Virus record (IMG/VR): IMGVR_UViG_3300032093_011758
Coordinates: 8,362-72,361 of that record
Strand: one strand, 5' to 3'
From: a virus
DNA: 64,000 nt
A model generated the notes under the pieces. That model was not told where the DNA came from. It saw only the letters and a program-made list of their open reading frames with translations, and did not search any database. The position numbers and the translations under genes were made by a program. This document shows, in pieces, positions 27,851 through 38,691 of the stretch. Within the stretch, counting starts at the first letter, position 1. Each line of letters begins with the position of its first letter.

Positions 27851-29398
27851 TTAATTAATCCTAATGTTTTGATTGAGGATCTTTTTATTTGCGTTTTGTA
27901 GTTCTGTTAGTATTTTGGCACTTGAAGTCCCGTCAGTTGCAACAGGAACTGGTGGTAAACCAGGAAATGCGTGGACATGACTGATCAAAAATTTTACAAT
28001 TAAATTCATAAATTTGATCAGTTCCTCACCTCTCACAAGTGAATTAGTATATGGTAAAACACTTTCAGCTAAAAATCCTTGTTCCAACTTAACCGCTGTT
28101 GATTCGTCCAAAATAATTTTTTTACCATTAATTTCTGATTCATGGGATAAAAAAACTAATTTATCGGCACCCATTACACCATATGTTGTTGAAACATTTT
28201 GTCTACTTATATCTTTCGTATAATCAATTCTTGGTGTGGTCTGTTGTCCGACTAAAAAAGGTGAAAATAATAATCCGTAACCTTCTTTTCCTTCTTTTTT
28301 GAATTTAATTTTTTCTGCGATTTTTATTACATTTTTGTATTCAGGTAAGGTTGAGTTATTGGCATCTGATATCCACTTGTAGGTCATTTTGTTTGGTCTG
28401 AAAACTATAGGATGAGGTTTTCGTATTCTTGTTATTGGATAGGGGTCTAAATTTATTTTGGCATTATCAGATTGTTTCAATACTTTATTTATTTTGTCAA
28501 TAATTTGTTGTGAAGTGAGATTATTGTACGTTAATTTCAAAATTAATGCTTTGTCCATATCATTTATCTCCGAAGAAATAGTAATTTGATTCGTAGTGTA
28601 AGCGGAATTTTCTGGTAACCCATAAATATAAACCTCTAAATCAAAGTTGTCTTGTAAATTTTCGGGACGACCTATGTTCCATTCAATTAAAGTTTTTACA
28701 AACTGAACATTAGGTTCTAACCTTAATTGTGGGATGTTACCATTGAAGTTTATTCTATCTGAAAAATTTGATAGCTGCAGGAAACTTCTAGTTTTTTTAA
28801 ATTCAATAGGAGTGTTCCTATTTAATGGATAGGACTTACTTTTACCCGCCCTTAAAATGACATCATCATCTTTGAGAATCAAATCACAAGTTCCTCTTCC
28901 TTGTAAGGCAACATCGTCCGGTTCCGCAAAGATTCCCTTCTGAGTTTCTAAATAATATTCTCCATTTTCGGGATTTTTCAAATATACCGAGCCCTGTAAT
29001 CTATCTCTTGATGCGAATAATCTTGATGATGCAGCATCTTCCCTATAAGAAGTTAGAATTGAAGAAAAAACACCCTGAATATAATATTGTTCTCCAAATT
29101 TATATTCAGGATTTGGCCACATTATATTAACTGATTCACCTACTTTTGGTGTTGTTTTTAGAAGGACAGGAATCAAAGGTAAACAACAAAATGGATCAAG
29201 TTTTGTCCACTGAAATTCAGGTTTCAAGTCACCCGAATCTTTTGTTTCTTTACCATCATAAGTGTCAGGAACACCATCTAATATTGATTGGTCATTTGCA
29301 TTGTCAATTATTGTGTCAAAACTGACTCTCACTCTGTTCATCATTAGAGGGTCATTAACACTTTTCACTTTTCCTGTATATATAAATTTTTTATCCAT
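27851..29398 (-). CDS. baseplate central spike/hub protein (gp5/gpV-like)
   Basis: N-terminal OB-fold signature GKV.SV.DP...RVRV, PKVGESV; LQGRG..D; C-terminal VRGEEL...HVH apex (HxH). Confidence 0.7.
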   Translation of the reverse strand: MDKKFIYTGKVKSVNDPLMMNRVRVSFDTIIDNANDQSILDGVPDTYDGKETKDSGDLKPEFQWTKLDPFCCLPLIPVLLKTTPKVGESVNIMWPNPEYKFGEQYYIQGVFSSILTSYREDAASSRLFASRDRLQGSVYLKNPENGEYYLETQKGIFAEPDDVALQGRGTCDLILKDDDVILRAGKSKSYPLNRNTPIEFKKTRSFLQLSNFSDRINFNGNIPQLRLEPNVQFVKTLIEWNIGRPENLQDNFDLEVYIYGLPENSAYTTNQITISSEINDMDKALILKLTYNNLTSQQIIDKINKVLKQSDNAKINLDPYPITRIRKPHPIVFRPNKMTYKWISDANNSTLPEYKNVIKIAEKIKFKKEGKEGYGLLFSPFLVGQQTTPRIDYTKDISRQNVSTTYGVMGADKLVFLSHESEINGKKIILDESTAVKLEQGFLAESVLPYTNSLVRGEELIKFMNLIVKFLISHVHAFPGLPPVPVATDGTSSAKILTELQNANKKILNQNIRIN

Positions 29399-29406
29399 TA
29401 AGAAAA

Positions 29407-29607
29407 TTATTTTGTTCTTTTTTCATATTCCTTCAGGACCTTGTTGTATAGTAGTTCAGTTTTGTCCAAATGACTTGTGAGTTTAATAATACTTTGTTTT
29501 GTTTGTTCAAAATCGTTATTGAAAAACTCCAAGCAAAATATTAGTTCTTTGTTTGTACTGTCAGTGATATTTTTAAGTATTTCATTTACTTTATCTCGTT
29601 CTTCCAT
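29407..29607 (-). CDS. small coiled-coil hypothetical protein
   Basis: 66-aa ORF in a co-oriented operon. Confidence 0.65.
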   Translation of the reverse strand: MEERDKVNEILKNITDSTNKELIFCLEFFNNDFEQTKQSIIKLTSHLDKTELLYNKVLKEYEKRTK

Positions 29608-29609
29608 CT

Positions 29610-31514
29610 TTACATTTTTTTACCAAAACTATTACCATTACCTATGGTTAATCCACCCGGAGTCATAGTCAATGGTGGAGTGAAAACTTGTACTTTACCA
29701 TTTTCATTTTCCTCTTTTTGCATTGCGCTCATTGAACCAAAAAGACTTGTCAACATTAAATTTGGACTACCATCCGGCATGGCCCCTGTCGGTAATCCTA
29801 ATTTTTGGAATTCTTCAATCATATTGATATTAGCTCTCGCAGAAGAAAATCCTGGAAGTAAACTTGAGGCTGCAAGTAAAGGACCGGGTAATTTTAAAGG
29901 GTTTCCGATAAAAGCCAACAAAGCTAAAATTTCATCAACAACACTTTTACATTTTCTCCAATCATCAACAAACTTAGCCACTATTAATAATAATTCAACG
30001 AGTTTTAGGATTATTGCTAATTTTTTACTGGCAGTTTCCCTTGCGATTTCACTTACAATTTGTCTAGCAATTACTTTTATGTCTTTTTCAATAATATAAA
30101 AAAGTTCTTCAACAAATAAGGCGGCAATTTTAGACATTACATTAAGACTAAATTTGAAGAAACTTTTAACAAAAGTCATGAAATCTTCTATTTCATCTGA
30201 AATAAGTTGCCCCAAAGCTTTTGACATTATCACTAATGGGAGTATAACTTTCGGTGTTAATAATGCAAACATAATCGCTTTAGGTAATGTTTCCAAAAAA
30301 CTCAAATCAATCTTTAGATCTAAATCAAAACTATTTGGGAACAAAAGTTTCCACTTAGGGTTATCTGTTATTGAAGAAGTTAAAGACTCGGCAATTTCTT
30401 GTTGGTCGTTAATATTGTCTGCTCTGTTGAAACTTAAAATTGCGTCTATTAAACTTTGTGAGTCAACAGGTAAAAATACGTTTTCGCAATCTTCAAATTC
30501 CATTACTCCATTTCTTATATTTGAAATTTGTGACTCTATATTTCTCAAATCAATACTATTGAATTCAAAAAAACTTTGGTCTATTCCATCTAATTCTGAA
30601 ACCTTTGAGTTTCCGGTCACATCAATTTCTTTTTTTGAGTCAAAACATAATCCTAAAATTCTTTGTAAAATTATAGAAAATTTACTTTTTATTTCTAGTT
30701 CCCCCACTCCGATACTTAGAGAAAAAGAAAATGCCCCGGATATTAAATCAATCAGTTGAAAAAAAATGTTTGAAAGATCAACAACTTTAATGGATCTATA
30801 ATAATCAACTAAAAAATCCACAACTTTATTCAGGTTGTTTATTGATCCACCGGCGAGAACAACTCTAAAAAAATCACCACTAATGTTTCCGGGTTGAGCA
30901 ACTGTTACGTATGAAATTTCAAAAAGTTTATTACCTGAAACTCCAAAAATATCTATCGGTACGTTTACGTTTTGAGTGCATTCCCACAAGGCCCTATTCA
31001 TACTATAGGGTCTTTGATTATTAGATGGTGGATTTTTTTCATAAGCGAGAGCTGCGACTTCATCGTTCGGGTCCCTTTTCAGTAGATTTTGTATATCAAC
31101 ACTACTTACTTTAATGTAAAACCCTAATCCATCCGGAAAAGTTTGTTGTTGTGAACATCCTAAAGTTTTCACTGTTTCATTCAGAAGTATTTTTGCAACT
31201 TTTGGTTCTATATTCAGAGCAGCTTGTACAAATTTTGATTTAATATACCTCATAGTTGAGGATCCGTTACCAAGATTGAATTGTGAAATATCTAGTAACT
31301 GACTCAACTGAGATTTAACCTCTCTCTGAAACCTTTTTTTTTGTTCTTTTAATTGATCAATTGAGCTTGATATTTGATCATTTTTTTTAGTCAAATTATT
31401 AAGCTGATCATTGAGTATTTTTTTTCTGTCTTTTGATACCTCTAAAAAAGTATTTGCAGCCTTTATCTTACTCTCTACGTTACCATATGAATTTTGTAAA
31501 TCTACAGACATCAC
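29610..31514 (-). CDS. hypothetical protein (possible tail/baseplate component)
   Basis: 634-aa helical ORF upstream of the spike gene. Confidence 0.7.
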   Translation of the reverse strand: MMSVDLQNSYGNVESKIKAANTFLEVSKDRKKILNDQLNNLTKKNDQISSSIDQLKEQKKRFQREVKSQLSQLLDISQFNLGNGSSTMRYIKSKFVQAALNIEPKVAKILLNETVKTLGCSQQQTFPDGLGFYIKVSSVDIQNLLKRDPNDEVAALAYEKNPPSNNQRPYSMNRALWECTQNVNVPIDIFGVSGNKLFEISYVTVAQPGNISGDFFRVVLAGGSINNLNKVVDFLVDYYRSIKVVDLSNIFFQLIDLISGAFSFSLSIGVGELEIKSKFSIILQRILGLCFDSKKEIDVTGNSKVSELDGIDQSFFEFNSIDLRNIESQISNIRNGVMEFEDCENVFLPVDSQSLIDAILSFNRADNINDQQEIAESLTSSITDNPKWKLLFPNSFDLDLKIDLSFLETLPKAIMFALLTPKVILPLVIMSKALGQLISDEIEDFMTFVKSFFKFSLNVMSKIAALFVEELFYIIEKDIKVIARQIVSEIARETASKKLAIILKLVELLLIVAKFVDDWRKCKSVVDEILALLAFIGNPLKLPGPLLAASSLLPGFSSARANINMIEEFQKLGLPTGAMPDGSPNLMLTSLFGSMSAMQKEENENGKVQVFTPPLTMTPGGLTIGNGNSFGKKM

Positions 31515-31879
31515 TTATTCAATTTATAAATTTGATTATCTCTATCAACGTCTTTTTGGATTATAGATTGAACTAAATCTTCATCCAAATCTTCCAAAGT
31601 AAAATCTTCTTGTTCTTTACTATTCTTCTCCCAAATTGTTGATTGTAGTTTTGATAATGTCAGTTTTTTTTCTACACAGTCATTTATGATTTTTTGTTGT
31701 TCTTTTATGACTGGACCGATGGTTTGCATGTCTTCAGAATCTTTCATTAAAGACAACATTTTATTTTGTATTCGTATTGCAGTATTCCTTTGTTCCACAA
31801 TTTCATTATAAATTTCTTGCATTATGGATAAAATTGAATCCTTAGTGAACTTTATTTCTTTTTTCTTTGGTCTACTCAT
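31511..31879 (-). CDS. hypothetical helical protein
   Basis: 122-aa ORF with TATTTAT upstream. Confidence 0.7.
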   Translation of the reverse strand: MSRPKKKEIKFTKDSILSIMQEIYNEIVEQRNTAIRIQNKMLSLMKDSEDMQTIGPVIKEQQKIINDCVEKKLTLSKLQSTIWEKNSKEQEDFTLEDLDEDLVQSIIQKDVDRDNQIYKLNK

Positions 31880-31884
31880 AATCT

Positions 31885-31891
31885 ATAAATA
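31885..31891 (-). promoter_or_regulatory. TATTTAT putative late promoter
   Basis: 5 nt upstream of start 31879. Confidence 0.55.
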
Positions 31892-31898
31892 TTCTGAC

Positions 31899-32651
31899 TT
31901 AGTTTTTTAAAATGTTACTTAAAAGACCCACGTATAACTTTTTGTATTTTTTCATTGAATTTCTTATTTCTTTAGTGGTCAAATTTGTCATTTCTCTTAA
32001 GGAGAGTAAAACGATGTTTTTATTGAATTTGTTGTTATCTGTATTTGATATTAAACTTTCATAGTTATCAAAAATATCTAAAAGAGCAATTCCAAGTTTC
32101 TTTTCATTCTCGTTTAGTTGTTGCTTATTGATATAATTTTTCAAGTCTATTTTAAACTGAATGATTATATTTTCAGAACTGAAATCATTTTCTTCTATTG
32201 TATATGAATATTTAACGTTTTCTTCAATAGAGGATGAAATATCTTCATAAGATATTTTTCTATTCATTTCTTTTTGGTCTTTAATTATCTGACCCATCAG
32301 ATAATTTTTACAAATAGTACCGAAATAAGAATACGCCTTTTTTTCCTTTGATGGTTTGAATTTATCAATTTTCGTCATCAAGAAGGAATGAGTATCCGCA
32401 TGAATTTCTTCAAAATTCATATCCTTTCTATACAACTTATACCTTCTAATAATTGAAGATATCATTTTGTCTAAGGGATCCCTTAAGTATTGATTATAAA
32501 TTTTGTTTCTACCTTCAAATGTTTCTTCTTGTAAAAACATTCTAACGGCCATTTCTTCTTTTACATCAAAATAATTCTCTTGTTTTGATCTTCTACCTCT
32601 TTTTTTTGTTTCATTACTTATAGAAATTCCGGTCAGTTCATAAGATTCCAT
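31899..32651 (-). CDS. phage late-transcription sigma factor (T4 gp55-like, sigma70 region 2)
   Basis: KIDKFKPSKEKKAYSYFGTICKNYL matches the gp55/sigma region-2 pattern (F.P.K...AF.YF..I); start at TAATG overlap 32651. Confidence 0.72.
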   Translation of the reverse strand: MESYELTGISISNETKKRGRRSKQENYFDVKEEMAVRMFLQEETFEGRNKIYNQYLRDPLDKMISSIIRRYKLYRKDMNFEEIHADTHSFLMTKIDKFKPSKEKKAYSYFGTICKNYLMGQIIKDQKEMNRKISYEDISSSIEENVKYSYTIEENDFSSENIIIQFKIDLKNYINKQQLNENEKKLGIALLDIFDNYESLISNTDNNKFNKNIVLLSLREMTNLTTKEIRNSMKKYKKLYVGLLSNILKN

Positions 32652-33454
32652 TAAAATTGAGGCGTAAATTTCAATTGTCTTTCGTCTTTGAAGAAATATT
32701 CTTTTTTCGCGGATTCTATCCAAAATTTAACTTCTTGTTCAGTCAAGATGTTATCACCATTCTTGTAGTTCCAAAAAATAGATCCTTCTCTGAGATTGAC
32801 GTGTTTATATCCCAATTTGGGGATGGTCATTATTTTGACAGAATTAAAAGTTAATCTTAATAAGAATTCATATACGAAGGTTAGTTTAAAATTTCCTTTG
32901 AAGCCTCCATATTCTTTGATGATATCTTTTTTGACTACCATACCCGCAGTTTGAAAGTTTTGAAAATTATGTAAAGTTTCATTTGTTAAAAAACCTACCT
33001 CTTGACTGAAATTAGATGCGAAAGTCGCTTCATTTGTAAATCCAGCAAACAAACCCTTTTCATCAACATCAATAACAATAGGTAAAAAAGCTTTTACATC
33101 TTTGTAAAGATCTATGTATTTTTTTACATTATCAAACCAAATACCGGAGTATTCATCATCAAATTCTAAAAATGAAACCCATTCTGAAGATGCGGATTCA
33201 ATTCCGGCATTCATTTGTTTTGCAAAATTTGGTTCATCAATCCATTTGACTTTTTTTACATTTAAACTACCGAAATCATAATTGTTCAATTTGGTTTCTA
33301 AAAGTTCTTCATCTGTATGAACTATAACAAGTTCATTTACAGAAACTTTTTGATTGATGATAGAATCAATTGCTTTTTTCAAATAGTCGTCAAAATCTCT
33401 AGCCGTGGCTGTCTTTATTGGTAAAATTATTGATACGTCAATTTTATTATCCAT
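32651..33454 (-). CDS. glycosyltransferase family 2 (GT-A)
   Basis: VSIILP, KAIDSI..Q, NAGI...SSEWVSFLEFDD. Confidence 0.85.
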   Translation of the reverse strand: MDNKIDVSIILPIKTATARDFDDYLKKAIDSIINQKVSVNELVIVHTDEELLETKLNNYDFGSLNVKKVKWIDEPNFAKQMNAGIESASSEWVSFLEFDDEYSGIWFDNVKKYIDLYKDVKAFLPIVIDVDEKGLFAGFTNEATFASNFSQEVGFLTNETLHNFQNFQTAGMVVKKDIIKEYGGFKGNFKLTFVYEFLLRLTFNSVKIMTIPKLGYKHVNLREGSIFWNYKNGDNILTEQEVKFWIESAKKEYFFKDERQLKFTPQF

Positions 33455-34508
33455 TTTCTTCAGTTTTTAATTTGTTTAATTGTTCTGTGAAAGATTTTTC
33501 TCTAATTTCTAAATATTCAGTAAATAATGTGACCACATTATTTTCAAAAGTTTCTTTATTTGGTAAAGAATCCACCGTTTTTTTCATACCTTCATAGAGA
33601 TCGGGACTTATGTTATCTTCCAACCAATTTTGTAAGAAATCGGCAACGAAATCAGGTAATTTATTGTCTTCAGTAATCCAAATACCATTCTCAGCGTTTA
33701 ACCAATGCGGATATAATGTAGGTACTTTTCCTATAACCGGTACTCCGCACTTCATTGATTCCAAAGGAAATGTACCAAAACCACTTGTTTCATCTATCCA
33801 AACACTTAAAAAACATTCTTTCAAGAAATTTGCAAAATCACTTTCACTCAAACCTCTCATATCTCTGAAGGTTACCCATCTATATTGTGGAAATTTAAGG
33901 TAAAAAGTTTTAATGAAATTAATCGTTTTTCTCGGATCTCTTGAATGTACCGCCACAAAAGGTTTGGGTGGATATTTGTTTGTTTCAAAGCTCTCCGAGA
34001 TCATAGGTGTCAAAACATCAATTGAAACATTCCTCATAACTGTTGAAATGTATTCTTTTTGAAATTCAGACGTTGTGATACATTTTAAGAATCCGTAATT
34101 AGCCCAACCATATCCAGGTTGAAGTGTCTCTAACATATGGTCGTATGCTTGACATAAAACAACTTTACCACAAGGTAAATCCTTAATTTGTTCCATTACA
34201 AAACCATAAATTTCAGGAATAATGATTAAATCTTCAGGTGATATTTCTAAATTTTGACCTTCAATTGATTTGTGAGGTAATTCCATATACTCTTCACCTA
34301 ACCATTCAGAAACACCCGTGTAATCAGGTTTTTCATGTAAGATTATTGGGTTAAACCCTGATTTTTTTAAGGCAAAACCTAACTGATAAATGTATCTAAC
34401 TCCGGCTTTAGGATTTCCTTTTGTATCCTGAACAAATAGATAAATTCTAGAACTTTTATTTTTTAGGTTTTCAATTGATTTTTCTAACTTTTCTACTTTT
34501 TGATCCAT
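33447..34508 (-). CDS. GT-B glycosyltransferase (GT4-like)
   Basis: D.IIIPEIY, C-terminal SGFGTFPLESMKCGVPVIG. Confidence 0.8.
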   Translation of the reverse strand: MDQKVEKLEKSIENLKNKSSRIYLFVQDTKGNPKAGVRYIYQLGFALKKSGFNPIILHEKPDYTGVSEWLGEEYMELPHKSIEGQNLEISPEDLIIIPEIYGFVMEQIKDLPCGKVVLCQAYDHMLETLQPGYGWANYGFLKCITTSEFQKEYISTVMRNVSIDVLTPMISESFETNKYPPKPFVAVHSRDPRKTINFIKTFYLKFPQYRWVTFRDMRGLSESDFANFLKECFLSVWIDETSGFGTFPLESMKCGVPVIGKVPTLYPHWLNAENGIWITEDNKLPDFVADFLQNWLEDNISPDLYEGMKKTVDSLPNKETFENNVVTLFTEYLEIREKSFTEQLNKLKTEENG

Positions 34509-34510
34509 GA

Positions 34511-34786
34511 TTAATATGATTTAATTATTCTTTTATTCAATAAGGTGTTAAATGCCAATCTAAATGGTATAGAAAGATGTTTTGAACTTTTTGAACCTAA
34601 TGACTCATCAATTTCTTCACCTCCGTCCATTAACACTTCTAGCATAAGTTTTATTGATTCATACCTAACAATATTGATGTGATGTTCTCCGGTTAAACCG
34701 CTGATTGGATTATCAATCATAACATACTTATCAATTTCATCAGTATCTATAAAGTAATGTTCATTCATTATTTCTAACATACTCAT
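34511..34786 (-). CDS. hypothetical protein
   Basis: 91-aa ORF in operon. Confidence 0.7.
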   Translation of the reverse strand: MSMLEIMNEHYFIDTDEIDKYVMIDNPISGLTGEHHINIVRYESIKLMLEVLMDGGEEIDESLGSKSSKHLSIPFRLAFNTLLNKRIIKSY

Positions 34787-35430
34787 AAATTTAAATTTTT
34801 GATTATAGATTTTAACTCCTTAATAGATGAAATTGTCAGATCATTCTTAATTTCTTTATTGTATGAAGTTTCAAATTTTATAATAATTTTATTTTTGGGG
34901 TAATTCAATAATAAGTCAGGATTAGCAGTAAGTAAAATGTCTAATTCATCCCACATAGATTTTTTAGTGGAATTACTAAAAAATTTTATTTTTTCTAATA
35001 AACATCCAAATTTTGAGAGAAAAAAAAGAGTTGCGGGTTTTGATTTACCTATTTCATCTGAAACAATTAGTAAGTCATGACTATCTCTAATGTCTAAATA
35101 AAACTCATTTAAATCGTTCATAGAAGACATTTCAGTAGATCCTGCATGACCAAATATTTGCATAGGAAAATCTCTATACATAAAATCGTATAGTTCTTCA
35201 TCTGATTGAAATGCAAAATGTTCTCTTAAATTCAATGAGGTGATTTCACTTAAGATCTCATATTTGAACGGTTTGAAGATTTCTAACTCCGTATTACCTG
35301 ATGAATCTAATTGATAAGTTTCAGTATCAGAATCATTTTGGCTTTCGTCTACTAAATGTTTCTGATATAATTGGGATATTTTTCCAACAGTGTCTCTTAA
35401 AACACCATTTATATCAATCGCTATTCTCAT
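34783..35430 (-). CDS. HAD-superfamily 5'(3')-nucleotidase-like protein
   Basis: N-terminal MRIAIDINGVLRD (HAD motif I variant). Confidence 0.65.
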   Translation of the reverse strand: MRIAIDINGVLRDTVGKISQLYQKHLVDESQNDSDTETYQLDSSGNTELEIFKPFKYEILSEITSLNLREHFAFQSDEELYDFMYRDFPMQIFGHAGSTEMSSMNDLNEFYLDIRDSHDLLIVSDEIGKSKPATLFFLSKFGCLLEKIKFFSNSTKKSMWDELDILLTANPDLLLNYPKNKIIIKFETSYNKEIKNDLTISSIKELKSIIKNLNL

Positions 35431-36169
35431 TATTTTCGTAATTTTTTAATAATTTGGATATCAAAGGATTTCTTACAACATCTTCATCTTTAAATTGAAA
35501 GATCCCGACATCATCAGTGTTTTTGTGTTTTCTTAAGGCGTCCCACAATCCTGTTTGAGTTTTGTTTTTGTGTCTATCAAACTGCTCCAAATCCCCTGAG
35601 ATAAAAAATTTAGAATTGAATCCGATCCTTGTCAATAGTAATTTCATTTGTCCGGGAGTTGCGTTTTGAGCTTCTTCAAAAATTAATATAGTATTATCTA
35701 TGTTCATTCCTCTCATGTAAGCTAATGCAAAAACCTCAATAACATCAATTTCTTTTAGTTTTTCGCGAGCCTCTTTACCTATAATTTTATTAAGAAGATA
35801 ATAAGAAGGGAAAATATACGGATCTAATTTTTCTTCCACATTTCCCGGTAGTGATCCTAATTTTTCTTCGGCTTCTACTGCGGGTCTTACAATTACTATT
35901 TTTTCGTAGGGTGTTGTTGGGTCTGATAAAAGATCAACAGCCGCTTTCATGGATATATAGCTTTTACCAACACCGGCAGGTCCTGAACAAATAGTGATTT
36001 GATTTTTAGTTAAAATATCATAGTATATTTTTTGACTCTCAGATAAAAATTTTTCCTTTGTCTTTTTTTTAATTATTTGAGTTATCTGTTCTTTTTTAGT
36101 TAATTTTGGTTTAAACTCAGTTTGAGTTTCTTCTTTTTTTACTGTTGTTCTTTTTTTTCTTTCTGTCAT
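35414..36169 (-). CDS. phoH: PhoH-family ATPase
   Basis: GPAGVGKS, RPAVEA.EKLG.LPG, AYMRG, EEAQN, GDLEQ.D, DVVRNPL. Confidence 0.95.
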   Translation of the reverse strand: MTERKKRTTVKKEETQTEFKPKLTKKEQITQIIKKKTKEKFLSESQKIYYDILTKNQITICSGPAGVGKSYISMKAAVDLLSDPTTPYEKIVIVRPAVEAEEKLGSLPGNVEEKLDPYIFPSYYLLNKIIGKEAREKLKEIDVIEVFALAYMRGMNIDNTILIFEEAQNATPGQMKLLLTRIGFNSKFFISGDLEQFDRHKNKTQTGLWDALRKHKNTDDVGIFQFKDEDVVRNPLISKLLKNYENNENSD

Positions 36170-36177
36170 AAATTAAA

Positions 36178-36768
36178 TTATTTTTTTACTACAATTAGTA
36201 AATCATCATATCTCCTTTTTATATGTCTAAGATCAACTAATTCTATGCTTTTGTGTTCTATATTTTTAATACTTTCCATCAATATTTTAACATAATTACC
36301 ATCTTGAATATCTTCTATTATTAGAATTCCGTTTTCTTTGAGTAAAGGTAAATAATTTTGTAGTGTATATATTTGTGAATCTAAAGAATGTGGGCCGTCT
36401 TCTACAATTATATCAAACCCTTCAGGGTACGTATCAGATAAAAATTTAAGATTTTCGTCTTTGAAGGCATCTATTTCGTAAAACACATATCTTTCAGGAT
36501 TCATTGACGAAAATATATACTCATTTACTTGATTTTTAATATCAACTAAAACCAGTTGTGATTGGGGTAAATAATCATGCCACAGTAAGGATGACCCACC
36601 GTATTGTACCCCTATCTCAAGAATTGTTGTTTTTTTATTGAGATATGATTCAAAACTTTCGGCGTAAAAGTTATCGTAACTATGGTCTGAAGCTTTATCG
36701 GTACCACCTCTATGATTAAATCCGTTTATTTGATGTTTTTCTAAAATTTCTATAATTTTGTTAGTCAT
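36178..36768 (-). CDS. class I SAM methyltransferase (MycE-like sugar O-methyltransferase)
   Basis: TDK...HSY...Y, ILEIGVQYGGS..W..Y, FDIIVEDGPH, G.LIIEDI. Confidence 0.8.
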   Translation of the reverse strand: MTNKIIEILEKHQINGFNHRGGTDKASDHSYDNFYAESFESYLNKKTTILEIGVQYGGSSLLWHDYLPQSQLVLVDIKNQVNEYIFSSMNPERYVFYEIDAFKDENLKFLSDTYPEGFDIIVEDGPHSLDSQIYTLQNYLPLLKENGILIIEDIQDGNYVKILMESIKNIEHKSIELVDLRHIKRRYDDLLIVVKK

Positions 36769-37411
36769 ATTTTTTTAAAATTTTAATTCCTGTATAGTCA
36801 ATTTTTTCAATTTTATATTTGATTCCCGAAGATTCAAAATATTCATCTACGGCCTTTTTAGAACCCGCCCAATGTCCATAGTCATCTACAATTAAAATCC
36901 CACGATCAACTAATTTTGGGTATAGAACATCAAGTTCTTTTTTTGTTGATTTATACCAATCTGTGTCTAATCTTAAAATACATATATTTTCAGGAGTATT
37001 TGACAACTCATCTAAAGTTTCACAAACGTCTCCTACTACAAATTTTATGTTCTCTTTAGGAAACATAGAGGAAGATAAATTATTTTTTACTTCGCTTAAA
37101 GAAGAATAACAAAAAACTTGAGGTAAAATATCTGAAGCTTTACGGTTGTTTAAATCAATGTCAACTTCTTCGGGTTCAGTCATCCCTCTGAAAGTATCGT
37201 ACAACCAAACTTTTTTGTCAAAAATTTCGTGAAAATTAAGATATTCAATAATACCTAGTATATTACCTCCTTTCCAAACACCACATTCTACAATATCACC
37301 ACTTATTCTTTCTTTACGTATGTACTCTAAAGAATTATATAACTCAGATATTCTTTCAACAGATGTCATTGAGTAGGGACTGACAAGTTTTATGAATTTT
37401 TCAAGGTTCAT
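36761..37411 (-). CDS. TylF/MycF/NovP-family sugar O-methyltransferase
   Basis: GDIVECGVWKGG, LYDTF.GM, LRLDTDWY.ST, IVDDYG.W.G...AVDEY. Confidence 0.9.
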   Translation of the reverse strand: MNLEKFIKLVSPYSMTSVERISELYNSLEYIRKERISGDIVECGVWKGGNILGIIEYLNFHEIFDKKVWLYDTFRGMTEPEEVDIDLNNRKASDILPQVFCYSSLSEVKNNLSSSMFPKENIKFVVGDVCETLDELSNTPENICILRLDTDWYKSTKKELDVLYPKLVDRGILIVDDYGHWAGSKKAVDEYFESSGIKYKIEKIDYTGIKILKKYD

Positions 37412-37417
37412 ATTTTT

Positions 37418-37960
37418 TTACTTTTTTGTTAAACAGAATGATGGACAACCATCTTTTGTAAGATATTTCATTTCATAATTTTCTTGATTACAAAATTCAT
37501 CAATCGCTCTCACAACACCAGGAAACATAGCTTTAGAATAATCATGACCACAGATAAGTCCATCCTTTTTAATTTTTTTAAAAGAAATTATCAAATCTTT
37601 TTTCACCCCTTCGTAAGAATGATCACCATCAATGTAAATATAATCAAAATATTCATTAGGGAAAGTTTCAAGAATATCTTGACTATATCCTTTATGTAAA
37701 GTCACGACTTTATTGTCTGAATATGTTTTTTTTAAATTTTCATATTCAGATTCTAAGGAAGTCCAAACAATATTATTACCATCTTTATCCCCTGAACACA
37801 TTTGACCTTCAAAAATATCAATTAAATGTAATTCTTCCGGATCCATTTTTTGTAAAATCAACTTAGAAAAATCCCCTTTGAAAACGCCGATTTCACAAAA
37901 TTTTTTTTTCTTGTCAAGAATTTCAATTAATTCATCTCTTGAGTTTAAAATATTTATCAT
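37418..37960 (-). CDS. SAM methyltransferase (Methyltransf_24-like)
   Basis: EIGVFKG, FDYIYIDGDHSYEGV..D, GLICGHDY, GV..A.DEF. Confidence 0.88.
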   Translation of the reverse strand: MINILNSRDELIEILDKKKKFCEIGVFKGDFSKLILQKMDPEELHLIDIFEGQMCSGDKDGNNIVWTSLESEYENLKKTYSDNKVVTLHKGYSQDILETFPNEYFDYIYIDGDHSYEGVKKDLIISFKKIKKDGLICGHDYSKAMFPGVVRAIDEFCNQENYEMKYLTKDGCPSFCLTKK

Positions 37961-37965
37961 ATTAT

Positions 37966-38691
37966 TTAATTTTTATATTTAAATTCTTTCATTTTTGAAA
38001 ATTTATTGGAATAATTACCGGGACCGCCAGCAAAATGTAATGCCGACCCATTATACTCTTTAAGATTGTATCCATTGTGACTTACCATGTTTGATAAATC
38101 TGTTTTATATAAATTGTTTCTAAAAAGATAGACATTAAAAAATGGTTGCTCTAAACATATATTTACCAATTGTTTATTTTGCAATAAAAAAGTTTCAATC
38201 TTTTCAAGATGATTCACAAGTTTTGAGTTGAATCCAAAAATTCCGGCATTAATTCCTTTAATTTGTTTTTTTTCTATGATCAATTTTTCCTCAGTTGTTA
38301 ATATTTTTCCTCCCCACCATTCTTCAGACATTAATGAATTTTCATTACTTACATAAAAAAAATCTTCATTTATGTTATTAAAAATATTATCAGGTGAGGA
38401 TGTCCAAACTATATCCGCATCACAAAAAATTATTTTATCATAATCTTTTAAATTTGGGTATTTATAAATTTTTAATTTATTTGCACTAGATTCTAACAAA
38501 CCCGAAGTTTCAATAGTTAGAAATAAAGGTTTTTTTTCAAATTCTAAACTATTCAAAAGTAATTCTTGTAAATTGGTGATGAAAAGTACGTCACCATCAT
38601 ACTTTTGATAATACAAACTTTCTAAACATATTTTGAGAAGGTTTATGTATTCGGGATTATTACTAATAGTGAAATATATTAATTTTCTCAT
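37966..38691 (-). CDS. GT-A glycosyltransferase (GT8/GT34-like)
   Basis: KIIFCDADIV (DxD), GINAGIF, LEQP.FN, LHFAG. Confidence 0.75.
   Translation of the reverse strand: MRKLIYFTISNNPEYINLLKICLESLYYQKYDGDVLFITNLQELLLNSLEFEKKPLFLTIETSGLLESSANKLKIYKYPNLKDYDKIIFCDADIVWTSSPDNIFNNINEDFFYVSNENSLMSEEWWGGKILTTEEKLIIEKKQIKGINAGIFGFNSKLVNHLEKIETFLLQNKQLVNICLEQPFFNVYLFRNNLYKTDLSNMVSHNGYNLKEYNGSALHFAGGPGNYSNKFSKMKEFKYKN

Noticed and set aside
32652-32723. Longer N-terminus of the sigma factor given in the ORF track
   Set aside because: It overlaps the upstream GT2 gene; the TAATG-coupled ATG at 32651 is more plausible.
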